Shown here: piece by piece, positions 55,992 to 64,000 of the stretch | Layout: every line of letters starts with the position of its first letter | How positions within the stretch are numbered: the stretch's first letter is position 1 | DNA from: Bacillales bacterium UBA3946 | Lineage (GTDB): Bacteria > Bacillota_I > Bacilli_A > ML615J-28 > CAG-698 | Direction of reading: 5' to 3' | Length of the DNA stretch: 64,000 bases | Assembly (NCBI GenBank): GCA_002385575.1 | Contig: DGDS01000002.1 | Span: 29,371 to 93,370 of the forward strand | The notes under the pieces: model-generated | Told to the model about the DNA's origin: nothing | Database searches by the model: none | Seen by the model: the letters and a program-made list of their open reading frames with translations, nothing else | Translations under genes and position numbers: made by a program

Positions 55992-58900
55992 GTGAAAGAT
56001 ATGGATAACAAAACCGAAAAACAAGGTTCGGATTTGTTGGTTGAAAACGAGAAGAAAGAAAGCAGCAGCGTGAAAGCCGCCAAAACGGGAACCACGAAAA
56101 AATCCGGCACCACAGAGACTAAGCGGAAAAACGTCTCCGCGCTCGAGGTCTTGGCGAAAAAGGAGACCATTAAATTAACGGAAGATAAAAAATCCGAAAC
56201 CGCCGTTGAATCTGCCACTGATGCCCTGCCCGCTGATAAAGATACAAAGAAAATTACGAGATATTACGATACCCCGATCCTGCAAGGCCTGACTACGGAA
56301 CAGGTAGAGGAAAGGATCAGGGACAATCTTGTCAACCGCGTGACCGACCGGCAAGGCAAATCGATACTCAAGATCATCCTTACCAACACCTTCACCTTCT
56401 TCAACATGCTTTATCTTACAATCACGATTATCTTCGCAGTGTTGAAGAGTTACGAGAATCTGTTCTTTCTGGCCACCATCATCCCCAACTATTTGATCGG
56501 GTTGTTCCAGGAAATCAAGGCCAAGCTGCTTGTCGACAAATTATCGTTGATGTCGGCCCCGACGACGACCGTCATCCGCAACGGCGAGAAAGTCGAAATT
56601 CCAGTCAACGAGGTCGTCCTTGACGACATCGTGTTTTACACGCCGGGCAAGCAGATCTGCGCCGACAGCATCATCCTCGAGGGCACCGTCGAAGTCAACG
56701 AATCGCTTTTGACCGGCGAGTCCGACGCGATTGTGAAAAATCCCAGCAGCGAGTTGTTCTCCGGAAGCTTCATCATCAGCGGCGCCGCCGTGGCCCGGAT
56801 CGATAAAATCGGCAAGGACAATTACATCGAAAAATTGGCCAAGGACGCCCAGGTATATCAGAAGCCGAAATCGCAGTTGTTGCGGTCGCTTAATATTATC
56901 ATCAAATTCGTCTCCATCATCATCCTGCCGTTGGCCGTGTTGACATACATTACGACGACCAACGGGATGCCGAGGGACTTCCTCTCGGTCTTGAGCCGCG
57001 ACGGCCTGATCAGAGCCGGAAGTTCCGTACTCGCAATGATTCCGGCCGGATTGTTCCTGTTGACGAGCGTTTCGCTCTTCTACGGCGTCATCCGGCTCAG
57101 CAACCGCAAGACACTCGTTCAGGAATTGTACTGCATCGAGATGCTCGCGCGGGCCAACGTCCTATGTCTGGATAAGACCGGAACGATCACCGACGGCACG
57201 ATGCGGGTGTTCGATTGCATCGAACTTAAGAATTACACGGACTACACGATTCGCGAGATCATCGGCTCGATGATGAATGCCTTCCAAGAAACGAATCCGA
57301 CGTCGGAAGCGCTGATCCGCTTCTTCGACAAGAACAATGTTTTGGAACCGACGCGGGTGATTCCGTTCTCGTCCAAACGCAAATACAGCGCCGTCGTTTT
57401 CGGCGAGCAGGGCACGTTTTATCTCGGTGCGCCCGAGTTCGTACTGAGTCAGTATTATGAAACCGTCAAAGCGCGGGTCGAAAGATTCGCAAGCGAGGGC
57501 GGTCGCGTGCTTGTCCTCGGACATGTTCCCACCCAGGTCAAGAGTGAGGACATCCCCCGCAATGTCAAACCCCTGGCCCTGATCGTCCTTCATGACCATA
57601 TTCGCGAGGACGCGGCCGACACGATCGACTTCTTCAAACAAAACAGCGTCGACATCAAGATCATCTCCGGCGACAATCCCGTGACGGTATCGCAGATCGC
57701 TGCGCGCGTCGGCGTCGAGGGAGCGGAGCGCTATGTCAGCCTCGCCGGCAAAAGCGACGACGAGGTCCGCGAGATCGTGTTCGATTACACGGTCTTCGGC
57801 CGGGTCAGCCCCCAACAGAAAAGGATCATTGTGCAGGCACTTAAGGAACATGGAAAAACGGTGGCGATGACGGGAGACGGCGTGAACGACATCCTCGCTT
57901 TGAAAGAAGCCGATTGCAGCATCGCCATGGCTTCCGGTAGCGACGCTGTTCGATACGCTTCGCATCTTGTCCTTGTGAATTCTACTTTCGCGAGCATGCC
58001 CGAGGTCGTCATCGAAGGCCGGCGCGTCATCAACAATATCCAGAAAACCTCGACGCTCTTCCTCGTGAAGACGATGTTCGCGATCCTGCTCACGATCATG
58101 TATATCATCCTGGGAATGCAGAACGGACCGATCAGCATCACTTATCCGTTCACAGCAAAGCACTTGTACATGATCGAGTGGTTCGTGCTCGGATTCCCGT
58201 CGATCTACCTGGCGCTGCAGCGTAACCGTTCGATCGTCAAGGGCAAGTTCCTGTCGAACGTCATCAAATCGACGTTACCGGGGGCGCTCACGATCGTGAT
58301 ATTGCACTTGATCCTAAGCCTTTTGCGCATTACCCCGGGATTTGAGTCGCTCCAGCACAACAACGCCGTGTATACGACGATCGCGACGGTGGTGACGACG
58401 GCGGTCATGTTGTTCGTCCTCTTCCAGATGTCGCAGCCGTTTAACTGGGCAAGGAGGACTATCTTTACCGCGATGGTGCTCGGCTGCATCCTGATGGGAT
58501 TTAACTTACTGCCGATCAAGTTCGCAAAACTCGACCTGAGTTATTATCGAAACATCGACGAACTTTCCAAAGAAATAATCCTAGAGGTTAACAACTATAA
58601 CCACTGGTCCCTCAACGGGAAGGCGACGCCGGTGCGGGCGATAGCCAAACCGGAAGTTGTTAATCTACATAACGAGACTTATCTTACTCCCAACATAACG
58701 ATCAGCGGCGATTATCACTGGTGCCTTAACGGCGTGAAGACGTCGCTGAGCGCCTTCGAGGTCAACCGCCTCGAACTCGACGTTATCGAAAAGTACTGGT
58801 ACGTCAACGGGCAGAAGATGAGCGTCAAGGCGTTCCGGGTGCCTGGGATTACCTATACGACCGCGGCTGCGGGTTACCGCAGACCGGAAATCACGATCAT

Positions 58901-59426
58901 CGATAACCATTGGGTCATTGACGGGCATCCGACCAGCATCCACAGCAGCGTCGACGAATTGATCCTGACGGTCTCCGGCGGATTTTGGTGGCTGAACAGC
59001 CGCGAAACCACGGCAAAGGCTGAGAAACTGCCCCTTAACCCGGACGAATACGAGATTCCGATCGTGGTCATCAAGGACGGTTATTTTGTCATCAACGACG
59101 TCAAGACCGACATCCCGGCCGGCATTGGCGACCAGATCAACCTGGCGGTCGATGTGGACGGTTACTGGACGATCAACGGCGTGAAGACCGCCATCAAGGC
59201 ACGCAAGGTCACCGACGGTGACGGCGTTACCAATTATGTGGAACCGACCCTATCCATCAGCCGGGACGGCTACTGGCAGTTAAACAGCGTCAAGACCGGC
59301 GTCAAGGCCGAGGGTGCGTTGATGGTCAAGGAGATTCTCATCACCTTGCTCATGGTGCAATTGATACTTCCGCTGATGTATCTGCTTTCCAAGACCTTTA
59401 AAAAAATGAGTATCGCCCCAGAATAA
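55992..59426 (+). CDS. Cation-transporting P-type ATPase (P2-like core) with a K-rich disordered N-terminus and a C-terminal tandem-repeat domain plus an extra terminal TM helix
   Basis: DKTGTIT, SGDN and GDGVNDILALKEAD motifs. The TM4 motif reads IPAGL rather than PEGL. About 10 TM segments, then eight 27-38-aa repeats (58590-59330), then a final hydrophobic helix. Confidence 0.8.
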   Translation: MKDMDNKTEKQGSDLLVENEKKESSSVKAAKTGTTKKSGTTETKRKNVSALEVLAKKETIKLTEDKKSETAVESATDALPADKDTKKITRYYDTPILQGLTTEQVEERIRDNLVNRVTDRQGKSILKIILTNTFTFFNMLYLTITIIFAVLKSYENLFFLATIIPNYLIGLFQEIKAKLLVDKLSLMSAPTTTVIRNGEKVEIPVNEVVLDDIVFYTPGKQICADSIILEGTVEVNESLLTGESDAIVKNPSSELFSGSFIISGAAVARIDKIGKDNYIEKLAKDAQVYQKPKSQLLRSLNIIIKFVSIIILPLAVLTYITTTNGMPRDFLSVLSRDGLIRAGSSVLAMIPAGLFLLTSVSLFYGVIRLSNRKTLVQELYCIEMLARANVLCLDKTGTITDGTMRVFDCIELKNYTDYTIREIIGSMMNAFQETNPTSEALIRFFDKNNVLEPTRVIPFSSKRKYSAVVFGEQGTFYLGAPEFVLSQYYETVKARVERFASEGGRVLVLGHVPTQVKSEDIPRNVKPLALIVLHDHIREDAADTIDFFKQNSVDIKIISGDNPVTVSQIAARVGVEGAERYVSLAGKSDDEVREIVFDYTVFGRVSPQQKRIIVQALKEHGKTVAMTGDGVNDILALKEADCSIAMASGSDAVRYASHLVLVNSTFASMPEVVIEGRRVINNIQKTSTLFLVKTMFAILLTIMYIILGMQNGPISITYPFTAKHLYMIEWFVLGFPSIYLALQRNRSIVKGKFLSNVIKSTLPGALTIVILHLILSLLRITPGFESLQHNNAVYTTIATVVTTAVMLFVLFQMSQPFNWARRTIFTAMVLGCILMGFNLLPIKFAKLDLSYYRNIDELSKEIILEVNNYNHWSLNGKATPVRAIAKPEVVNLHNETYLTPNITISGDYHWCLNGVKTSLSAFEVNRLELDVIEKYWYVNGQKMSVKAFRVPGITYTTAAAGYRRPEITIIDNHWVIDGHPTSIHSSVDELILTVSGGFWWLNSRETTAKAEKLPLNPDEYEIPIVVIKDGYFVINDVKTDIPAGIGDQINLAVDVDGYWTINGVKTAIKARKVTDGDGVTNYVEPTLSISRDGYWQLNSVKTGVKAEGALMVKEILITLLMVQLILPLMYLLSKTFKKMSIAPE
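58590..59330 (+). repeat. Eight tandem, degenerate ~30-aa protein-coding repeats inside the ATPase gene. Consensus ..[TI][LI]x[IV]..DG[YFH]Wx[LIV][ND][GS]xKTx[ILV]KA
   Basis: HWSLNGKAT, HWCLNGVKTSLSA, YWYVNGQKMSVKA, HWVIDGHPTSIHS, FWWLNSRETTAKA, YFVINDVKTDIPA, YWTINGVKTAIKA, YWQLNSVKTGVKA. Confidence 0.7.
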
Positions 59427-59439
59427 TTCTTTACATATT

Positions 59440-59522
59440 GTTGATAATGTAGTATAATATCTTGGCTAATATAAACCAGTCCTTGCTTCGTATGAAGCCA
59501 ATAGACCATAAGGAGGTGCACA
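59440..59522 (+). promoter_or_regulatory. rpsF promoter and candidate S6 leader structure
   Basis: TTACAT-16-TATAAT, followed by nested stems (TTGGCT...AGCCAA enclosing GCTTCGTATGAAGC) directly upstream of the RBS. S6:S18-binding leaders are known upstream of rpsF in Firmicutes. Confidence 0.35.
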
Positions 59523-59807
59523 ATGAGAAAATACGAAGGCATGTTTATCGTTCGCCCAGATTTAGACGAGGAAAGCTATAAGGCTTTGATCGCCGATATC
59601 GAGAAATTGTTCGCCGATTTCGGAAGCAAAGTCACATCCGTCGACGTTTGGGGAATGAAAGAAATGGTGTATGAAATCCAGGACTTTAAAAAAGGCTATT
59701 ACGTCGTTTTTAAAGCCGAAGCCACGCCCGAAGCCGTGTCGGAATATGACCGTATCTGCAAGATCCGTGAGGACATCATCCGGCATATCATCGTTAAGGA
59801 GCAGTGA
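59523..59807 (+). CDS. rpsF: 30S ribosomal protein S6
   Basis: MRKYEGMFIVRPDL... is canonical. Confidence 0.95.
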   Translation: MRKYEGMFIVRPDLDEESYKALIADIEKLFADFGSKVTSVDVWGMKEMVYEIQDFKKGYYVVFKAEATPEAVSEYDRICKIREDIIRHIIVKEQ

Positions 59808-59814
59808 TTGACAG

Positions 59815-60309
59815 GTGAATAAAGTCATGTTGGTCGGCCGGCTGACCAGGGATCCGGAATTACGGCGGACAGCCAGCGACATCCCCTATGTTTTATTCAC
59901 GGTCGCCGTGAATCGCACGTATGCCAACCGGTCCGGAGAGCGGCAGGCCGATTTCATCAACTGCGTGGTCTGGCGCACCCAGGCCGAGAACCTGGCCCGC
60001 TACCAGCGCAAAGGCAACCTGGTCGGCATCGAAGGTTCGCTGCAGACACGCAGTTATGATGACGCCAACGGCGTTCGCCGGAACGTCACCGAGGTCGTTT
60101 GTGATAACATCCAGTTCCTTGAGCCGAAATCGGCCCGTGGCGGCGATTATCCCGAGTATGGTGACGTAAGCCCGTACGACGTTCCGGACGATTACCGGCA
60201 TTATGAGAAAGACGTTTATAGTAAAGAGAATAACAAAAAAGAAGAAAAGAGTCCGTTTGAAGACATCAAGAGCGATTTTAATGTCTCCAACGACGATTTG
60301 CCATTTTAA
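59815..60309 (+). CDS. ssb: Single-stranded DNA-binding protein
   Basis: OB fold (MNKVMLVGRLTRDPELR), and a C-terminal acidic tail ending DDLPF. Confidence 0.95.
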   Translation: MNKVMLVGRLTRDPELRRTASDIPYVLFTVAVNRTYANRSGERQADFINCVVWRTQAENLARYQRKGNLVGIEGSLQTRSYDDANGVRRNVTEVVCDNIQFLEPKSARGGDYPEYGDVSPYDVPDDYRHYEKDVYSKENNKKEEKSPFEDIKSDFNVSNDDLPF

Positions 60310-60324
60310 GGAGGTTAGAACAAT

Positions 60325-60546
60325 ATGTCAGGTTTTCGCAGGCGGAAGAAAGTCTGTTATTTTACCGAGAACAAGATAGAGCATATCGATTGGAAGGATT
60401 ACGAATTGCTGAGACGATTCGTTTCCGACCGCGGTAAAATTCTCCCGCGTCGTGTCACCGGCACCAAGGCCAAGTACCAAAGACAATTGGCGACGGCCAT
60501 CAAGAGGGCGCGGCATATGGCATTATTGCCGTTTGTCAAGGAATAA
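60325..60546 (+). CDS. rpsR: 30S ribosomal protein S18
   Basis: RRKKVCYFT...ILPRRVTG...[10 protein letters not shown] is canonical. Confidence 0.95.
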   Translation: MSGFRRRKKVCYFTENKIEHIDWKDYELLRRFVSDRGKILPRRVTGTKAKYQRQLATAIKRARHMALLPFVKE

Positions 60547-60557
60547 AGAATAACGAA

Positions 60558-60586
60558 ACCATAGTCATCTATGGTTTTTTCATTAT
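60558..60586 (+). terminator. Terminator after rpsR
   Basis: AAACCATAGTCATCTATGGTTTTTTC. Confidence 0.7.
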
Positions 60587-60600
60587 ACAGAGGAGAGAAT

Positions 60601-62550
60601 ATGAAAAGAAGAATATGGAGTTTCATCGCCCTGATATTGATGACGGTTTTCTGCATCAGCTGCGTTGACGACGAGCGGAAGACGATCGTCATCACGGAAA
60701 CGAGCGTGCAGGTTATAGTCGGGGATACGTATGAACTTACCTGCCGCCTGAACGGTATCGAAGCCGACGAACTTGAGTATGAATTCAGCGTCGATGGAAT
60801 CGTCGCGATTGAAGGCTTCACGATCGAGGGTCTGGCCCCGGGGACGACAATCCTGACCATCAGGCATAACGCTGACGATAAAATTTTCGATACGGTAACG
60901 ATCGAGGTCACAGGCGCGCCCAGCGTCGCCTTCACCGCGGCGGAATTGATCCTCAAGGTCGGCGAACGCAAGAGCCTCCCGATAACCTATGCAAATATCG
61001 ACTCTTTCGAAGAACTCGGCTTCACGGTAAGCGCAGAGGGAATCGTGACGCTTGACGAGGAGGACATTATCGGGGAAGCGCCCGGAGAAGTCGAAATTAC
61101 TGCCTATTATCTTTTCGACAATTCCGTTGCCGCGACCCTTAAGGTAAAGGTCGAAGCGGAAAAACGGATTTCCTTCTCCATCGAACGGTTGGAGTTGGAA
61201 GCAGGCGAAAGCGCGGAGTTACCCTTGGTGACCGAGGGTATCTCCGACTTATCGGAAATTGCGTTTTCCTTCACTACGGAAGGAATCGCGCTTCTGGAGC
61301 AACGGACCGTGACCGGAATCAATCCGGGGGAGACCGCGCTTACGGTCAGACTTATAGCCGATGAAGACGTGGCCGCGGAAATCACGATTCTCGTCAAACC
61401 CCGTTCTTACACGGTAAACGATCCGGAATACTGGATCGAGCACCTTAGCCCGGAATATGATCCGGACGAAGTGATCATGACGCCCGCGCAGATCGCCCTT
61501 TATAATCAAAACATCTATAACAATACCTCCGCCACGAAGGTCGTGAATCCGCTTGCTTATCCGACGACGATCTCGGGCACGGAAGTAAGACAGAAGATCG
61601 AGACGTACAACGGTCTGATTGATCAATACCAGGTCTTCGACGACAGTCATTATTTGAGCCAGAATGAAAAAACAACGATTAAGAATAATCGCGCCCTTGA
61701 ACAAATTCCGGCGACGGTTACGGTTCGCTATGGGATCATCACCGAGTTCGCGGCGGTGCGCAGTTTCCCGACGAATTGCATAGCCGGCTCCTATAGCCAG
61801 GACCGTTTCCAGGAAACCGGTCTGAACGTAGGCGAAGGAGTCGCGGTTTATCACGTAACCGCAGACGGTCAATGGTTCTTCGTCCAGGCGATGAATTACT
61901 TCGGCTGGGTTGAAGCAGGCAAGATCGGGTTGTGCTCCCGGGAAATGCTTCTTTCCTTCATCGATTCGGAACAGTTCATCGTCGTGACCGCCGATACGCT
62001 TAACATCGATGGGCGGATCGTCCGGATGGGTCAGGCGCTTCCGTATGTTACTAAAAATGATCAGGAATACCAGGTGCAGATGCCGCGGCGGGACGCGGCC
62101 GGAAATCTCGTCCTTCACCAGATAGCAGTCGCGCGCGACGATGAAAAAGTGCATGACGGCTATCTGCCGTACACGCTGCGCAACGTCTTTATTCAGGCGT
62201 TTAAAATGCTTGGCATTCCTTATAGTTGGGGAGATAATTATGTTTACGGACGCGACTGCTCCTCGACGCAGAACGCCGTCTACGCCTGTTTCGGGTTCAA
62301 AATGCCGCGCAACACCTCCCAGCAAAGATCGATTCCCCAGTACGCGGTGACCATGAATATCAACGAAAGTTACATCAAGAACAACCTGCGTCCCGGCGCC
62401 TTGATTTTCTCGAGCGGCCATGTGATGATGTATATCGGCGATGACGACCAGGGCAACGCCTACATTTATCACAATACCTCACCGAAATGCAAGGTTCAGA
62501 AATTCCGGGAATACAGTTCCCAGATCATCGCATACCTGCGATTGTATTAA
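60601..62550 (+). CDS. Lipoprotein with N-terminal Ig-like (Big_2-type) domains, an SH3b-like region and a C-terminal NlpC/P60 cysteine peptidase domain
   Basis: Lipobox FCISC. Catalytic triad context DCSSTQ...GHVMMYIGDD...IYHN. It occupies the yybS position between rpsR and gdpP. Confidence 0.75.
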   Translation: MKRRIWSFIALILMTVFCISCVDDERKTIVITETSVQVIVGDTYELTCRLNGIEADELEYEFSVDGIVAIEGFTIEGLAPGTTILTIRHNADDKIFDTVTIEVTGAPSVAFTAAELILKVGERKSLPITYANIDSFEELGFTVSAEGIVTLDEEDIIGEAPGEVEITAYYLFDNSVAATLKVKVEAEKRISFSIERLELEAGESAELPLVTEGISDLSEIAFSFTTEGIALLEQRTVTGINPGETALTVRLIADEDVAAEITILVKPRSYTVNDPEYWIEHLSPEYDPDEVIMTPAQIALYNQNIYNNTSATKVVNPLAYPTTISGTEVRQKIETYNGLIDQYQVFDDSHYLSQNEKTTIKNNRALEQIPATVTVRYGIITEFAAVRSFPTNCIAGSYSQDRFQETGLNVGEGVAVYHVTADGQWFFVQAMNYFGWVEAGKIGLCSREMLLSFIDSEQFIVVTADTLNIDGRIVRMGQALPYVTKNDQEYQVQMPRRDAAGNLVLHQIAVARDDEKVHDGYLPYTLRNVFIQAFKMLGIPYSWGDNYVYGRDCSSTQNAVYACFGFKMPRNTSQQRSIPQYAVTMNINESYIKNNLRPGALIFSSGHVMMYIGDDDQGNAYIYHNTSPKCKVQKFREYSSQIIAYLRLY

Positions 62551-62581
62551 AAAACCATAGTCAAAAACTATGGTTTTTTTA
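62551..62581 (+). terminator. Terminator after the P60 lipoprotein gene. It is near-identical in sequence to the terminator after rpsR.
   Basis: AAAAACCATAGTCAAAAACTATGGTTTTTTT. Confidence 0.7.
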
Positions 62582-62678
62582 TGATAAATATCGGTATCAT
62601 GTTTATTTTTACCCGGTAATTATTTTATTTTTTAATTTAATTGTGTTATAATAGTTATATGAATTTGCGGTGATTATC

Positions 62679-64000
62679 ATGAAAAAGAAACTGCCAGTGC
62701 AAAGAATCGTCTTCGTTTTACTCCTGATCGCGATCTTTTTCTTTATCTACTCGATGAGCGGCGAAGACGTGCACGTATCAATCTCATATATATCACTTTC
62801 CGTCATCGTCGCTTCCCTGACGTATTTTTACATGTTCGCCCGGGGACGGCGGAACATCAAAAAACTGCGCTGGCTGGAGAACCGCCTGAAACTGTGGAAC
62901 CTGATTTCCTATCGGGTGAAAAAAGCCGGCGAGTATGCCTTCAACCATCTCCCCGTCGGTATCGTCATATACAACGAGGACAAGGTCATCGAATGGGCGA
63001 ACGCCTACGCGAAGGAAATATTCATGAGCCCGCTCGTCGAACGGAAGATCGAAATCATCAATCCGGAACTGCTGGAGAAGATCAACGCGGAAGTTAATTT
63101 CGAGATCACCATCTACGGTCGGAATTATCGCTGCAGCGTGATCGGCGATCATAACATCCTGTATTTGCTGGACCAGACCGATCTCAAGGACCTCCAGCAG
63201 AAATACCGGCGTTCGCTTCTGGCCGTCGGGTTTTTAAACCTCGACAACCTCGATACCGCCCTAGCAGCTTTGGATCCGCAGGAACGGGCGATGCAGATGA
63301 GCAACCTGATCGGCCTTTTGAGCGACTGGAGCAACAAACACGACATCTATCTGCGCGGTTTAAGCGAAGCGCGGTATTTGTTATTCATGACGTTTTCGCA
63401 ATTAAACGAACTGATCGATAACAAGTTCACCATCCTTGACGATATCCAGAATTACTGTCAGAAGGAAGATTTGCGGATAACGGCGTCGCTGGGCATCGCC
63501 TGCCGCGATGACGGGATCACCAAGTTGGTGGAACTGGCCGAGGAACAACTGGAGTTGGCGCTTAACCGCGGCGGTAACCAGGGCGTCGTTTTGATCGACA
63601 ACCAGGTCAATTACTTCGGGGCGAAAACGACCTCGATCGAGACCAGGTCGCCGGTCTTCGTACGCGTGAAGGCGGAAATGCTTGCGGACATGATCAGGAA
63701 CGCGGGCAACGTCCTCATCATGGCGCACAAGGACCTGGACGCCGACGCATTCGGTTCCTGTCTTGCCGTGTATAAGATCGCGACTGCCTTGAAAAAAGAA
63801 GCGAAGATCGTCTTCGACGCGGAATCGGTCGACGAGACGATCAGCGTGATTTATAACCTCATCCAGAAGGAACACATCAATATCCTTGATTACTTCATCG
63901 CGCCGCGGAAAGCGGTCGAAAGCCTTAACAACCGTACCCTGCTGGTCATCGTCGACTGCCAGTACCAGACGCTGCTGACGAGCGAGAAACTATACAAACT
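62679..64000 (+). CDS. gdpP: Cyclic-di-AMP phosphodiesterase GdpP (YybT), 3'-truncated by the window edge. It is not in the ORF track because it has no in-window stop.
   Basis: Hand translation from ATG 62679 (MKKKLPVQRIVFVLLLIAIFFFIY...) shows two N-terminal TM helices, a PAS-like region, a degenerate GGDEF region, and the start of a DHH domain (LIMAHKDLDADAFGS). TGtTATAAT promoter at about 62641. Conserved position downstream of rpsF-ssb-rpsR. Confidence 0.75.
   Translation, partial: MKKKLPVQRIVFVLLLIAIFFFIYSMSGEDVHVSISYISLSVIVASLTYFYMFARGRRNIKKLRWLENRLKLWNLISYRVKKAGEYAFNHLPVGIVIYNEDKVIEWANAYAKEIFMSPLVERKIEIINPELLEKINAEVNFEITIYGRNYRCSVIGDHNILYLLDQTDLKDLQQKYRRSLLAVGFLNLDNLDTALAALDPQERAMQMSNLIGLLSDWSNKHDIYLRGLSEARYLLFMTFSQLNELIDNKFTILDDIQNYCQKEDLRITASLGIACRDDGITKLVELAEEQLELALNRGGNQGVVLIDNQVNYFGAKTTSIETRSPVFVRVKAEMLADMIRNAGNVLIMAHKDLDADAFGSCLAVYKIATALKKEAKIVFDAESVDETISVIYNLIQKEHINILDYFIAPRKAVESLNNRTLLVIVDCQYQTLLTSEKLYK

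Noticed and set aside
1-64000. CRISPR arrays, rRNA or tRNA genes, and IS elements.
   Set aside because: Scanning found no short regularly spaced direct repeats, no tRNA cloverleaf or rRNA-like conserved blocks, and no transposase or integrase-like ORFs.

Overview
This 64 kb window is from a low-GC Gram-positive, spore-forming bacterium (Bacillales-like). It is almost entirely conserved chromosomal housekeeping DNA in Bacillus-like gene order.

Genes recognised:
- nusA(5' partial)-ylxR-ylxQ(L7Ae)-infB-rbfA, followed directly by uvrC
- rnj, def, rsuA
- rpsP-ylqC(KH)-[CadA-type P-type ATPase]-rimM-trmD-[lipoprotein]-rplS
- ampS, murC, a CcpA-like LacI regulator, tyrS, trpS (convergent)
- a five-gene Opp-like ABC importer
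- spx, then divergent yjbK(CYTH) / small alarmone synthetase-ppnK
- clpP
- a T-box leader followed by pheS-pheT
- ispH, efp, coaX, uppP, tkt, trmB, several peptidases
- rpsF-ssb-rpsR and a 3'-truncated gdpP

Interspersed are small sporulation genes: gerE, and cotD-like, cotZ/Y-like, sspI, yjcZ-like and ylbD/ylbE-like genes. Three of them carry sigma-K-type promoter motifs (AC-16/17-CATAnnnTA).

No rRNA, tRNA, CRISPR array, transposase or integrase is present.

The most unusual points are:
- a cation P-type ATPase (55992-59426) with a roughly 240-aa C-terminal tandem-repeat domain (eight copies of an aromatic-W-x-[LIV]-N-G-x-K-T-x-[IL]-K-A unit) followed by an extra terminal membrane helix
- a translationally coupled gerE-KapD-like DEDDh exonuclease pair
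- an Opp-type transporter whose 1014-aa lipoprotein substrate-binding protein carries N-terminal Ig-like (Big_2) domains, and whose second ATPase has a coiled-coil insertion
- a CadA-type metal ATPase inserted inside the rpsP-rimM-trmD ribosomal operon
- an apparently frameshifted lipoprotein gene next to the pheST T-box

Coordinates of ORFs follow the supplied ORF track. Positions of small motifs were counted by eye and may be off by 1-2 nt.
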